From NCBI GenBank assembly GCA_029261055.1, contig JAJDCA010000015.1:19998-83997 (forward strand): DNA of 64,000 nt, given 5' to 3'. The notes under the pieces were generated by a model. That model did not search any database, was not told the DNA's origin, and was given only the letters and a program-made list of their open reading frames with translations. The stretch comes from Candidatus Omnitrophota bacterium (GTDB lineage Bacteria > Omnitrophota > Gorgyraeia > Zapsychrales > Zapsychraceae). Both the position numbers and the translations under genes were made by a program. Positions 20,184 through 28,939 of this stretch are shown here, piece after piece. Within the stretch, counting starts at the first letter, position 1. Each line of letters begins with the position of its first letter.

Positions 20184-20967
20184 AATTCTCTACCCCATGC
20201 TGCTTCAGAAAAAATTGCTCCAAACTTCCTTCTTCTAAAATATGTGCAAGCGAATCATCAACAATAATTTCGCCGGCTTTAATAATCAAAACCCGGTGCG
20301 CGACCTGTTCAATTTCTGAAAGAATATGGGTACTTAAGATGACGGTTCTTTGGTTTTCAAAATTTTTAATAAGCTTGCGAACTTGAAGCACTTGGATAGG
20401 ATCCAAACCATTGGTGGGTTCATCTAAAATCAATATTTCCGGATCATGTATAATCGCCTGAGCTATTCCAACCCTTTGTTGATACCCTTTTGAAAGCTGC
20501 GCAATGGGTCTCTTTTGCACAGAAAAAAGATCACATTCTTCCAAAACTCTATCGATCTGAACAGTGTGCTGTTTGCGTGGCACATCTTTTAATTCGGCGG
20601 AAAATTTTAAATACTCTTTAACACTTATATTAGAATAGAGCGGTGGTGTTTCTGGCAAATAGCCTATTTTCTTACGTACCAATAAAGAATTATTGGCCAC
20701 ATTTGCCCCCCCAATATGAACCTCCCCGGATGTAGCTAAAAAATACGTGGTTAAAATACGCATCAAGGTTGTTTTACCGGCCCCATTCTGCCCTAAAAAG
20801 CCAACAATCTCCCCTTTTTTAATTTCAAATGAGACGTCATTGAGGGCTTGATATTTCCCAAAATATTTTGATATATTACATGCTTGAATCATGACGACAA
20901 TGATAACGCTTTCTCGAAAATGAGGCAACAGAAAAGATTTTAAGAAAATCTTTTCAAAAATTGGCAA
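20176..20967 (-). CDS. ABC transporter ATP-binding protein (GldA-like). The start is probably at MIQACNISKY near 20892.
   Basis: Walker A (GQNGAGKTT), ABC signature (LSKGYQQRV) and Walker B (ILILDEPTNGLD). Confidence 0.85.
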   Translation of the reverse strand: MPIFEKIFLKSFLLPHFRESVIIVVMIQACNISKYFGKYQALNDVSFEIKKGEIVGFLGQNGAGKTTLMRILTTYFLATSGEVHIGGANVANNSLLVRKKIGYLPETPPLYSNISVKEYLKFSAELKDVPRKQHTVQIDRVLEECDLFSVQKRPIAQLSKGYQQRVGIAQAIIHDPEILILDEPTNGLDPIQVLQVRKLIKNFENQRTVILSTHILSEIEQVAHRVLIIKAGEIIVDDSLAHILEEGSLEQFFLKQHGVENYE

Positions 20968-21145
20968 TTAGACCAAAAATATTTTATACTTGAAATGTAG
21001 AGTTACGCTATATTGAATCTCTACGGAATTTGACAATTTGAGAAAAAGGTAAACTGCTCGTAAGAGTAGGACACAAAACTAGAGGGTCCCAATTGAATCA
21101 ATGGGATAGCCAGTTGCCGCATTAATCGCGTAAAAACTTTGTGAA

Positions 21146-21177
21146 CCTATTCTACGACAGTGGAATAGGTTTTTTTA
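21146..21177 (+). terminator. Intrinsic-terminator-like hairpin with a T-run (cctattc-N10-gaatagg-TTTTTTT) inside the 326-bp leader upstream of the first fibre-like gene.
   Basis: A 7-bp GC-containing stem is followed by 7 T on the plus strand. No plus-strand CDS lies upstream, so this suggests an sRNA or an attenuator. Confidence 0.45.
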
Positions 21178-21293
21178 ATGAGCGCATAAGTTATGGAACA
21201 TGTTTGGTGACATAACTTATTTGCGCGAATTAACCCTGCGAAGCTCAACGCGAAAGCAATTGAGCGAAGCAGGGTAAATACTAGGAGACCAAA

Positions 21294-22859
21294 ATGAAAA
21301 AAATATTTTATTCACTCACATTTATATTAACGCTGTCATTTGCTATAACAGCACAAGCTGAACAGCTTCAGCTTACAACCTACTATCCTGCTCCTTATGG
21401 AGCATACGACAAGCTACTTCTGGTTCCACGCACCCCTTTGAGCGGTAGCTGCCAGACAGGTACGCTTTATATGGAAGACATAGGTAATGGCGATGGAGAA
21501 ATAAGACTTTGTGATAAAGGAATCTGGGCTCCTATTTCAGGCCATTGGAAGCAAGAAAACGATGATATCTTTTTAGTCGATACAGCAACAAACCCTGATT
21601 TATTTGTAGGTATTGGAACCACTAATCCAGGTGCTCGCCTTTCGGTACAAGGCTACGGGAACAGCGCAACAACAGCCAGTCTCAATATGACAAACAGTGA
21701 TGGAAACAGCATACTGTATGCCAGAGATGACAGAAATGTCGGCATTGGAACAACCAACCCTTCAGCGAATTTAGATATTAATAACAATGGCGACCTTACA
21801 GGGGATCCTCTTGGCAGTAATTTATGGTTTCGCCTTTCCGGTGGATCCACCATTGATCACGGACGTATTTGGGCTCAATATTCCAACACTCAAGCTCCTA
21901 TTCTCGTTATGGAAGATGATGACGACCCTTCACGCATTCAATTTCAACAGGTAGGTACAGGCACAGAGTCAACGCCAGAGTTTGTCAGCTGGGTCGGTAT
22001 GGGGAAAAAGAATTCCAGTGACATTGCCCTTATGGGAGGAAAAGTCGGTATCGGTACCACTGACCCTTTAAGTAATCTGCACATCAAAGCGCCTTCGCCA
22101 TCTATAATTTTAGAAAGAGAAGATAATGCCCAAGCAGCTGCTCTAGCATTTTTTCCTAATGGGGCTATTTCCCCTACAAACATGTATTGGGCCATGGGGC
22201 TCAATCTAAATAGTAACCATTTTGTTATCGCTAATGATAGCAACACATCCTTTCCTAACAACATAAGATTTACCATTAAAGATGACGGTAAAGTCGCTAT
22301 GGGAGGAAATCATATTCCCCAAACTGATCTGCATATAAAGGGAAATGGTGTGCTTAGATTAGAAGATACTAGCGTAGCAATAGACTTCATAAATGAGAAT
22401 TCTGGTGACGATAATTTTAGTATTGCTTCTTGGGGCGGAAGTAAAGATATGCTCAGATTTCGATCTAACAAAGATGGAACTTGGGACGATATTGTCCAGT
22501 TTGAAAGTGATGGCGATGTATGGGTCGAAGATGATGTAACGGCCGATGAATACAAAACACATTCTGACGTTCGCCTTAAAAAAAATATCCTACCACTGAC
22601 AGACGCGCTCTCACGTGTGACACAGCTCCGTGGTGTTAACTACCAATGGAGAGATACCGATAAAGATCAAGGAAAAATTCAAATGGGTCTCATCGCTCAG
22701 GAAGTAGAAGAAGTATTTCCTGAAGTCGTTTCAACTGACGAAGACGGATTCAAATCTGTAGCCTATAGTAAACTTGTTGCTGCTTTGATCGAAGCTGTTA
22801 AAGAATTAAAAGCAGAAAATGATGATCTTAAATTGAGGATTGAGAAAATAGAAAAATAA
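21294..22859 (+). CDS. Secreted fibre/adhesin-like protein with IGTTxP-type repeats and a C-terminal S74 intramolecular-chaperone auto-processing domain (phage tail-spike type).
   Basis: Signal peptide MKKIFYSLTFILTLSFAITAQA. Repeated (V/I)GIGTT(N/D)P motifs. The C-terminal ~125 aa (HSDVRLKKNILPL...GLIAQEVEEVFPEVV...LIEAVKELKAENDDLKL) match the conserved core of the peptidase S74 chaperone domain, spanning roughly 22485..22856. Confidence 0.65.
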   Translation: MKKIFYSLTFILTLSFAITAQAEQLQLTTYYPAPYGAYDKLLLVPRTPLSGSCQTGTLYMEDIGNGDGEIRLCDKGIWAPISGHWKQENDDIFLVDTATNPDLFVGIGTTNPGARLSVQGYGNSATTASLNMTNSDGNSILYARDDRNVGIGTTNPSANLDINNNGDLTGDPLGSNLWFRLSGGSTIDHGRIWAQYSNTQAPILVMEDDDDPSRIQFQQVGTGTESTPEFVSWVGMGKKNSSDIALMGGKVGIGTTDPLSNLHIKAPSPSIILEREDNAQAAALAFFPNGAISPTNMYWAMGLNLNSNHFVIANDSNTSFPNNIRFTIKDDGKVAMGGNHIPQTDLHIKGNGVLRLEDTSVAIDFINENSGDDNFSIASWGGSKDMLRFRSNKDGTWDDIVQFESDGDVWVEDDVTADEYKTHSDVRLKKNILPLTDALSRVTQLRGVNYQWRDTDKDQGKIQMGLIAQEVEEVFPEVVSTDEDGFKSVAYSKLVAALIEAVKELKAENDDLKLRIEKIEK

Positions 22860-22886
22860 TAAATACTTTATAATAAAGGATATCTC

Positions 22887-24023
22887 ATGAAAAAAATATG
22901 TTATGTATTTATACTTACCCTGCTAACAGGATTCTCTCAAGCAGCCGTTGCTGAACAGCTTCAACTCACAACGTATTACCCTGCCCCTTATGGAGCCTAC
23001 GACAAACTCATTCTGGTTCCACGTACCCCTTTGAGCGGTAGCTGCCAAACAGGGACACTTTACATGGAAGATGTTGGGAATGGCGATGGGGAAATGCGAC
23101 TCTGTGATAAAGGAATTTGGGCTCCTATGACAGGACAATGGATTCAAAAAAAGGATGATGTCTTTTTAATTGATACCGAAACAAACCCTGATTTATTTGT
23201 AGGTATCGGAACAACTGACCCAAGTGCCCGCCTTTCGGTAGAAGGTTACGGAAATAATGCGACAACAACTAGCCTTAATGTAACAAATGGTGATGGATCA
23301 AGCATACTTTATGCCAGAGATGATGGCAATATTGGTATCGGAACAACATCCCCCGAATCAGCATTACACGTAAAAGGTGGTGGCGATATATACACAGAAG
23401 GATGGAGTTCTGGAATAAATTTCATCAGTAGTCAACCAGCTACTGTCTCTACCTTTGCCATCAAAACTCACGTACCGGATGGAGACCAACTGCGCATCCG
23501 AAGCAATCCAAATAGATTGAACGGGGCATCCTGGCGTGACCTTGTTAGCATTACAGGCAGCGGCAATGTCGGTATCGGAACAACAAACCCTCAGTCATCA
23601 TTACAAATAGGCGGTGGTATCCAGTTTAATGCTAATGCGGATTGGCGGAATGTAGAACCTGATGTCCATTTCGACTCTAGCGCTTCTATTGCTGCCGGTT
23701 ATAGTTTGTATAACATTATCAATGGAAATAACACTGCCCCAAATTCCGTATTTATCATTGGAACAAACAGCCTAACCACGGGCGGGGCTAATTATAGAGA
23801 ACTCATGCGTGTTAAAACAAACGGTAATGTCGGTATCGGAACAAAATATCCGACACAAAAACTACACATCAACAGCGTCATGCGGTTGGAGCCTAGAAAT
23901 AACAAACCTTTTAATTGTAATAAAAATGAAATAGGTTCTATTTACTACAAAAAGAATAAAGAATTGCGTTTATGTACTAGAGACGGTAGCGACTATAAAT
24001 GGAGAAAACTTAAACTTGATTAA
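22887..24023 (+). CDS. Paralogous secreted fibre-like protein. It has the same N-terminal ~150 aa but lacks the S74 domain and has a Cys-motif C-terminal tip.
   Basis: Its N-terminus is about 80% identical to that of the previous gene (AEQLQLTTYYPAPYGAYDKL(L/I)LVPRTPLSGSCQTGTLYMED). The C-terminus, ...NCNKNEIGSIYYKKNKELRLCTRDGSDYKW, repeats the N-terminal C-x-LY-x-RLC-x-G-x-W motif. Confidence 0.55.
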   Translation: MKKICYVFILTLLTGFSQAAVAEQLQLTTYYPAPYGAYDKLILVPRTPLSGSCQTGTLYMEDVGNGDGEMRLCDKGIWAPMTGQWIQKKDDVFLIDTETNPDLFVGIGTTDPSARLSVEGYGNNATTTSLNVTNGDGSSILYARDDGNIGIGTTSPESALHVKGGGDIYTEGWSSGINFISSQPATVSTFAIKTHVPDGDQLRIRSNPNRLNGASWRDLVSITGSGNVGIGTTNPQSSLQIGGGIQFNANADWRNVEPDVHFDSSASIAAGYSLYNIINGNNTAPNSVFIIGTNSLTTGGANYRELMRVKTNGNVGIGTKYPTQKLHINSVMRLEPRNNKPFNCNKNEIGSIYYKKNKELRLCTRDGSDYKWRKLKLD

Positions 24024-24053
24024 GAGTTGTCCAAGTTATTTTTGGACAATCTC

Positions 24054-24470
24054 TTAAATTAACCCGGGGATAAGCCCCTTAATAGCCTTTTTGAGATAAT
24101 CTCTTTCATAAACATCCTGATCAATTACTTTATCATTCCACACCACAATATCTAAATCCATCGTCCGTGGACCATATTTTTTTTCTCCATGCTTTCGCCC
24201 TAATTGTGATTCAATTATTTTGAGGGCGTCATTTAAAGCATCCAATTCAAATTCGGTTTCTAATAAAACAGCACCGTTGAGAAAATCTGGTTGATCTTGA
24301 AAAGGACCTACGGGGTGGGTTTTTATAAAACGGGATTCGGCGAGGACATGAAACTCTTTAGAAAGAATTTCTCTGGCTCTGGGGATATTGCACTCCGGTT
24401 CAATGTTCGAACCAAGGCCAACCACAACTCTATTCACCGCTACTGACCTCCACCGAAACAGAATCAGCAA
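24054..24470 (-). CDS. folK: 2-amino-4-hydroxy-6-hydroxymethyldihydropteridine pyrophosphokinase (HPPK).
   Basis: VVGLGSNIEP and KYGPRTMDLDIVVWND motifs. Confidence 0.8.
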   Translation of the reverse strand: MLILFRWRSVAVNRVVVGLGSNIEPECNIPRAREILSKEFHVLAESRFIKTHPVGPFQDQPDFLNGAVLLETEFELDALNDALKIIESQLGRKHGEKKYGPRTMDLDIVVWNDKVIDQDVYERDYLKKAIKGLIPGLI

Positions 24471-24780
24471 AGCGTAAAGCTTGAGGTTTGTCTACACGAA
24501 CAGTGGCTTGTTTAACAAGAGGGCTTTCCGTTGCAATCTTTAAAATTTGATCCGCCAACTTCTCTAAAAGAAAAAATGCCGAAGCCTCAACTTTTTTAAT
24601 AATCTTTTTTGTAATCGCCTTGTAATCCACCGTATCTTTTATATCATCGCTGGCCGCTGCTTTGGTTGCATCATAATCGATGGTTACATTGATCACCACA
24701 TCTTGCTTGGCATCACGTTCCCAGTCATGAATGCCGATGATCGCACGAAGTTTTAAATTTGTAATACGTATTTTTGCCAT
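24430..24780 (-). CDS. folB: Dihydroneopterin aldolase.
   Basis: 116 aa. MAKIRITNLKLRAIIGIHDWERDAKQDVVINVTIDYD is a typical FolB N-terminus. Confidence 0.8.
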   Translation of the reverse strand: MAKIRITNLKLRAIIGIHDWERDAKQDVVINVTIDYDATKAAASDDIKDTVDYKAITKKIIKKVEASAFFLLEKLADQILKIATESPLVKQATVRVDKPQALRFADSVSVEVSSGE

Positions 24781-25499
24781 TATATTAAATGCTCCCCTCC
24801 ATCAACAAAAATTACTTGTCCCGTCACATAATCATTTTCTAGAAAAAATTGAATCGCCTGCGTAACATGTTTTGTTTGTCCTTTTTTACGCAAAGGAATA
24901 CGTTTAGCTAAACGTTCCAAATAATCATTCTTCTGACCAGACGGCGGTAAAATCAATCCCGGCGCAACAGCATTGACACGAATCTGCGGCGCTAAAGCCA
25001 CGGCGGCCTGTTGTGTCATAGCATGCAAGGCCTTTTTAGATAAAAGATACGTATTGTACTGCGTCTGGTTTTTAGTAATATTCGTATCTAAAATATTAAT
25101 AACCTGTCCCTTTTTGCAGCGATGTACAAATGCGTTTGTTAAAATGCATGGTGCCTTAAAGTTGACAGCAAAATGTTGATCGAGACTCTGCGTCTCGTCG
25201 ACCCTTAAACTAGATTTCTCAAAAATCGAGGCATTGTTAATCAAAACATTTACCCTTTTCATTTTCTTAACAACACTTTCAACAAGCGCCCCTGATTGTT
25301 CTTCTACGGCAAAATCACTTTGAAAAATCTGACAAACCCCGCCTTTATTTTGAATGTATTGCGCTGTTTTTTCAGCCTCTCGTTTGGAGTGATTATACTG
25401 AAGCGCTATGGCGTAGCCGGATGAGGCTAAATCAAGACATATGGCTTTACCTATGCGTTTGGCTCCGCCTGTAACTAAAGCTGTCCCTCTAGAAATCAC
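24780..25499 (-). CDS. Short-chain dehydrogenase/reductase. Context suggests a pteridine reductase of the FolM/PTR1/PruA type.
   Basis: Rossmann fold TGGAKRIGKAI, an SDR catalytic YxxxK, and a position between folE and folB-folK. Confidence 0.55.
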   Translation of the reverse strand: MISRGTALVTGGAKRIGKAICLDLASSGYAIALQYNHSKREAEKTAQYIQNKGGVCQIFQSDFAVEEQSGALVESVVKKMKRVNVLINNASIFEKSSLRVDETQSLDQHFAVNFKAPCILTNAFVHRCKKGQVINILDTNITKNQTQYNTYLLSKKALHAMTQQAAVALAPQIRVNAVAPGLILPPSGQKNDYLERLAKRIPLRKKGQTKHVTQAIQFFLENDYVTGQVIFVDGGEHLI

Positions 25500-25547
25500 G
25501 CCAAAACCTCATATTAGCGGATGGCCCAAAGGGATAATTTTGCGTTC

Positions 25548-26087
25548 TCATCGAATTAAACTCAAAAACTCAGACCGTGTAGAATTTTCTCTGCGGAAGG
25601 CGCCAAGCATGCAGGATGTTTTCATACTAGAATTTTGTTTCTCAACACCGCGCATCATCATGCACAAATGTTTGGCTTCAATAACCACACCTACCCCTTT
25701 GGCTCCAGTCTGCTCCATCAATGTCTCGGCAATTTGTTTGGTGAGATTTTCCTGAACCTGAAGCCGTCGGCCAAAAACATCTACAATGCGTGCTACTTTG
25801 GATAGACCAATAATTTTCCCATTAGGTAAATACCCGACGTGACATTTTCCAAAAAATGGCAACAGATGATGCTCACATAAAGAATACAGTTCTATATCTT
25901 TCACAATAATCAGCTCATCGTTATCGGAATCAAAAATCGCATTATTAACAACCTTTTGTACATCTTCTCTGTATCCATTGGTCAAATATTCAAAGGCCTT
26001 GGCCGCACGCTTTGGTGTATCTTTTAGTCCATCACGGTCCACATCTTCACCGATAGATTGAATAAGATTTTTATAAAATTTTTCCAC
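25548..26087 (-). CDS. folE: GTP cyclohydrolase I.
   Basis: [46 protein letters not shown] is the FolE signature. Confidence 0.9.
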   Translation of the reverse strand: MEKFYKNLIQSIGEDVDRDGLKDTPKRAAKAFEYLTNGYREDVQKVVNNAIFDSDNDELIIVKDIELYSLCEHHLLPFFGKCHVGYLPNGKIIGLSKVARIVDVFGRRLQVQENLTKQIAETLMEQTGAKGVGVVIEAKHLCMMMRGVEKQNSSMKTSCMLGAFRRENSTRSEFLSLIR

Positions 26088-27266
26088 TTAGATTGTACCT
26101 TTCTCAAATATTTCTTTCATAGCCTGAGCAACAATAGGATTAAATTGTGTTCCGGATTTATTTTCAATTTCTTCCATAGCAATTTCTTTTTTTAAACCCT
26201 TACGATACGGCCTGTCAGATGTCATGGCATCAAACGTATCCGCCACAGAAATAATCGCGGCTGATATGGGAATACCTGCGCCTTGTAGTGCTTCAGGGTA
26301 ACCGGCTCCATCAAAACTTTCGTGATGATACTTAATACCATCCAAACATTCTTTAGGCAATGAAAGAGGTTTAACAATTTCTACCCCTTTGATCGTGTGT
26401 TGCTTCATAATAATATACTCATCATTGGTGAGTTTACCACGTTTATTTAATATCACCTCGGGAACGCCTATTTTTCCAATATCATGTAAAAGGCCGGCAA
26501 TATATAAATTTTCAAAAAATCCTTTCTCAAACTCAGCAGAACCATTGACGACCATTTGATGCGCAATGTCCACGGCATATTTTGTTACACGCGCGGTATG
26601 CCCATGCGTGTAGGCATCCTTTGCCTCAATGGTTGAACCTAAAACAACAATGGTTTGAATAAAAAGTTCATGATTACGATCCGCCTCTTTTTTTAAACTA
26701 TCAAAAAGCTGGGCATTACGAATGGCCATAGCAGCATCTGACGCCAAAGCACTAAAAAAATCTAATTCATCTTGTTCAAAACTTGTCTCATCAAATTTCT
26801 CGCCTAATAAAAGAACCACCAAAAGATCGCCATGATAATACGCAGGAACACAGGCAACCGAATTAAGCGTTTGCATTTGTTTCTCGACCTTATGCAAAAG
26901 ATCTTTTGTTCCGTTACCATTCTCGATCACACTTTCTTTCCAAATCAAGCGATGGATATCTTGTGAGACAAGGGCACTGCGGTCGAGCGTAAGACATTTA
27001 AATTCTTTTTCTCTGAAAACTTTTATTATGGGACTTTTTTTATCAAAGCGGGTAAAACCAGATGGGATTTTGTGACCTGTTTCTCCTCGAGAAATATCTA
27101 AAAAGTAGGCGTCTTCATTGGGATCAAAAAGAATCATCGCCGCATGCCGAAGCCCCAGCTTACGTACGATCATACGAACAATAAGCTTAATAAGCAGCTT
27201 CGGGTCATGAATCATAATCATGCCTTTGCTGGCAGTCTCAAGCTCTTTCTTATAATCAATCTTCAT
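26088..27266 (-). CDS. GAF-domain sensor fused to an HD-GYP c-di-GMP phosphodiesterase.
   Basis: The N-terminal ~200 aa are GAF-like. The C-terminus carries HDIGKIGVPEVIL and HHESFDGAGYPEAL motifs. The stop abuts the folE start. Confidence 0.8.
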   Translation of the reverse strand: MKIDYKKELETASKGMIMIHDPKLLIKLIVRMIVRKLGLRHAAMILFDPNEDAYFLDISRGETGHKIPSGFTRFDKKSPIIKVFREKEFKCLTLDRSALVSQDIHRLIWKESVIENGNGTKDLLHKVEKQMQTLNSVACVPAYYHGDLLVVLLLGEKFDETSFEQDELDFFSALASDAAMAIRNAQLFDSLKKEADRNHELFIQTIVVLGSTIEAKDAYTHGHTARVTKYAVDIAHQMVVNGSAEFEKGFFENLYIAGLLHDIGKIGVPEVILNKRGKLTNDEYIIMKQHTIKGVEIVKPLSLPKECLDGIKYHHESFDGAGYPEALQGAGIPISAAIISVADTFDAMTSDRPYRKGLKKEIAMEEIENKSGTQFNPIVAQAMKEIFEKGTI

Positions 27267-27269
27267 GCT

Positions 27270-27668
27270 TTATTTAATCTTCAACTCAGCCATCACAATT
27301 TCTTCTAACTCTTCTAAAATTAACGGCTTGTGAACGTATCCTTTAATGCCCCAACTGTTAGCTTCACTCACCACTTCCTCTTCTTCATTACCCGTCACCA
27401 TAATGACGGCCACGTCATTTTTATTTTCTCTGAGCTTTTTCAACACATCAAGCCCTGACATTGTGCCCATGTTAACATCCAAAAGAACCAAATCCGGATT
27501 TTCCTGGTCGATAAGCCTTAAGGCATCCTCCCCATTTCCAGCAGAAAAAACATCAATATCACGTTTACTAAAAAAATTCTTAGCAAATTCACGTGTATCT
27601 ACTTCATCTTCAACAATTAAAAGCTTCGGCATTTTCCCCTCCTTCTTACGCATTTTCTGCACCAACAA
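27270..27668 (-). CDS. Single-domain CheY-like response regulator.
   Basis: LLIVEDEVDTREFAKNFF...LVLLDVNMGTMSGLDVLKKL is a receiver domain. Confidence 0.8.
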   Translation of the reverse strand: MLVQKMRKKEGKMPKLLIVEDEVDTREFAKNFFSKRDIDVFSAGNGEDALRLIDQENPDLVLLDVNMGTMSGLDVLKKLRENKNDVAVIMVTGNEEEEVVSEANSWGIKGYVHKPLILEELEEIVMAELKIK

Positions 27669-27780
27669 AAGGTATTCTACCTCGAGGCCTAAAAATATAC
27701 AACAGTAAGTGCGATTTTCTTTGGAGGAAAAAGTTTAATAGACTTTACTTCGATATAATCGAAGATTTGGAGCTGCTCAC

Positions 27781-28128
27781 TTAAAACTGCATACCCAGCT
27801 TAATACCGGCTTCGGTGGATTCATTTTCAGGTTCAAGGCCGGTAACGACGTATACAGAGGATAAGGCTGTAGAAAGTTCAGAATCGTCAATATGCCAAAA
27901 ACGAATAAAGGCCTCTATTGACCAATTAAACTGATCTCCTAAACGGACGAGCTCAATAGCTCCTCGAGCACCATAACCTTCATTTTGAGTATTCTCAAGA
28001 TCCGGAAATAAACTTGAAGCATCGGAGAGGTGCCTGCTTTTTTTCTTATTCAATTCATTTTGTGAGAAACGGTACGTTTTATTTGTATATCGCTTTTTTC
28101 CTGTGGGTGTATTTATTTTATTGTGCAT
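27781..28128 (-). pseudogene. Probable C-terminal remnant of an outer-membrane beta-barrel protein.
   Basis: It ends ...AGIKLGMQF, a beta-barrel terminal signature with a C-terminal Phe. There is no signal peptide. It is a short ORF at the low-GC edge of the Rhs island. Confidence 0.3.
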
Positions 28129-28244
28129 TGAAAATCATTGGGGTGGCTAACGCGTCTAATTTTTTGATAACTGATATTTTCTCGCATAACTCGGCAGGAT
28201 ACTCTTTTTCTGAGGATGGATTTGTTTTGTCAGTTATTGGGGAT

Positions 28245-28853
28245 TCATGGGTTGGATACACTGTCTGTATTTTTAAAATTAAATTGACTAATATTGACTT
28301 TATTTGATAAGTTTTTATCAATATTCTTTTTTCTTAATTTAATGTTAACCGCAGAGTCTGTTAAATCCTTATAATTCGGATGCTCAGGCCCTTCTAATAG
28401 ATGTTTTCGACTATTATTCTTGTCCTCATCAAAATATCGATTGTTTTTTATTAAAATATCCTCAGTCGAAGTGTTTAGAAGACTGTCATTCAAAGATAAA
28501 CGATTAGGGGTATATATTTTCAACCAACACAAATAAACTATAAGAATCAATATAAGTGGAAAAGCCAAATAATTTCGTCTATATAAAAAAACTGCAATAA
28601 TCAATAACCAAAATCCCATAATAATTGGAATTACAAAAGAAAGTTTGTATTCTATGTCTGCAATCCTTGATATATCATCATTGAAATAACTTTCGCTGAC
28701 TAACTGATTTACATAATTATTTATAATTTTTTCTTTATGAAAAACAATGTATAACCCCTTATACATCATTATCAAAGCCCCACATAAAAAAAGGACGGTT
28801 AAAATGATAAATATTTTTTTTACTTTTAGATTTTTATCTCTTTCAATTATCAT
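28245..28853 (-). CDS. Small very AT-rich membrane protein. Candidate immunity protein for the orphan Rhs C-terminal toxin.
   Basis: 202 aa with 3-4 TM helices. It lies 86 bp downstream of the orphan toxin ORF and is strikingly lower in GC than its neighbours. Confidence 0.4.
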   Translation of the reverse strand: MIIERDKNLKVKKIFIILTVLFLCGALIMMYKGLYIVFHKEKIINNYVNQLVSESYFNDDISRIADIEYKLSFVIPIIMGFWLLIIAVFLYRRNYLAFPLILILIVYLCWLKIYTPNRLSLNDSLLNTSTEDILIKNNRYFDEDKNNSRKHLLEGPEHPNYKDLTDSAVNIKLRKKNIDKNLSNKVNISQFNFKNTDSVSNP

Positions 28854-28939
28854 TGCTTATTCCTTTTTACTTAAACCTTCTTCTGATGTTTAAAACTCCA
28901 AGGCTCAAAAAATCGATGCGATAATTTAATAGCATAACT

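Noticed and set aside
27781-28128. The 115-aa ORF as an intact gene.
   Set aside because: It has no signal peptide but ends in a beta-barrel terminal motif, and it sits at an island boundary. It is more likely a gene remnant and is reported as a low-confidence pseudogene.
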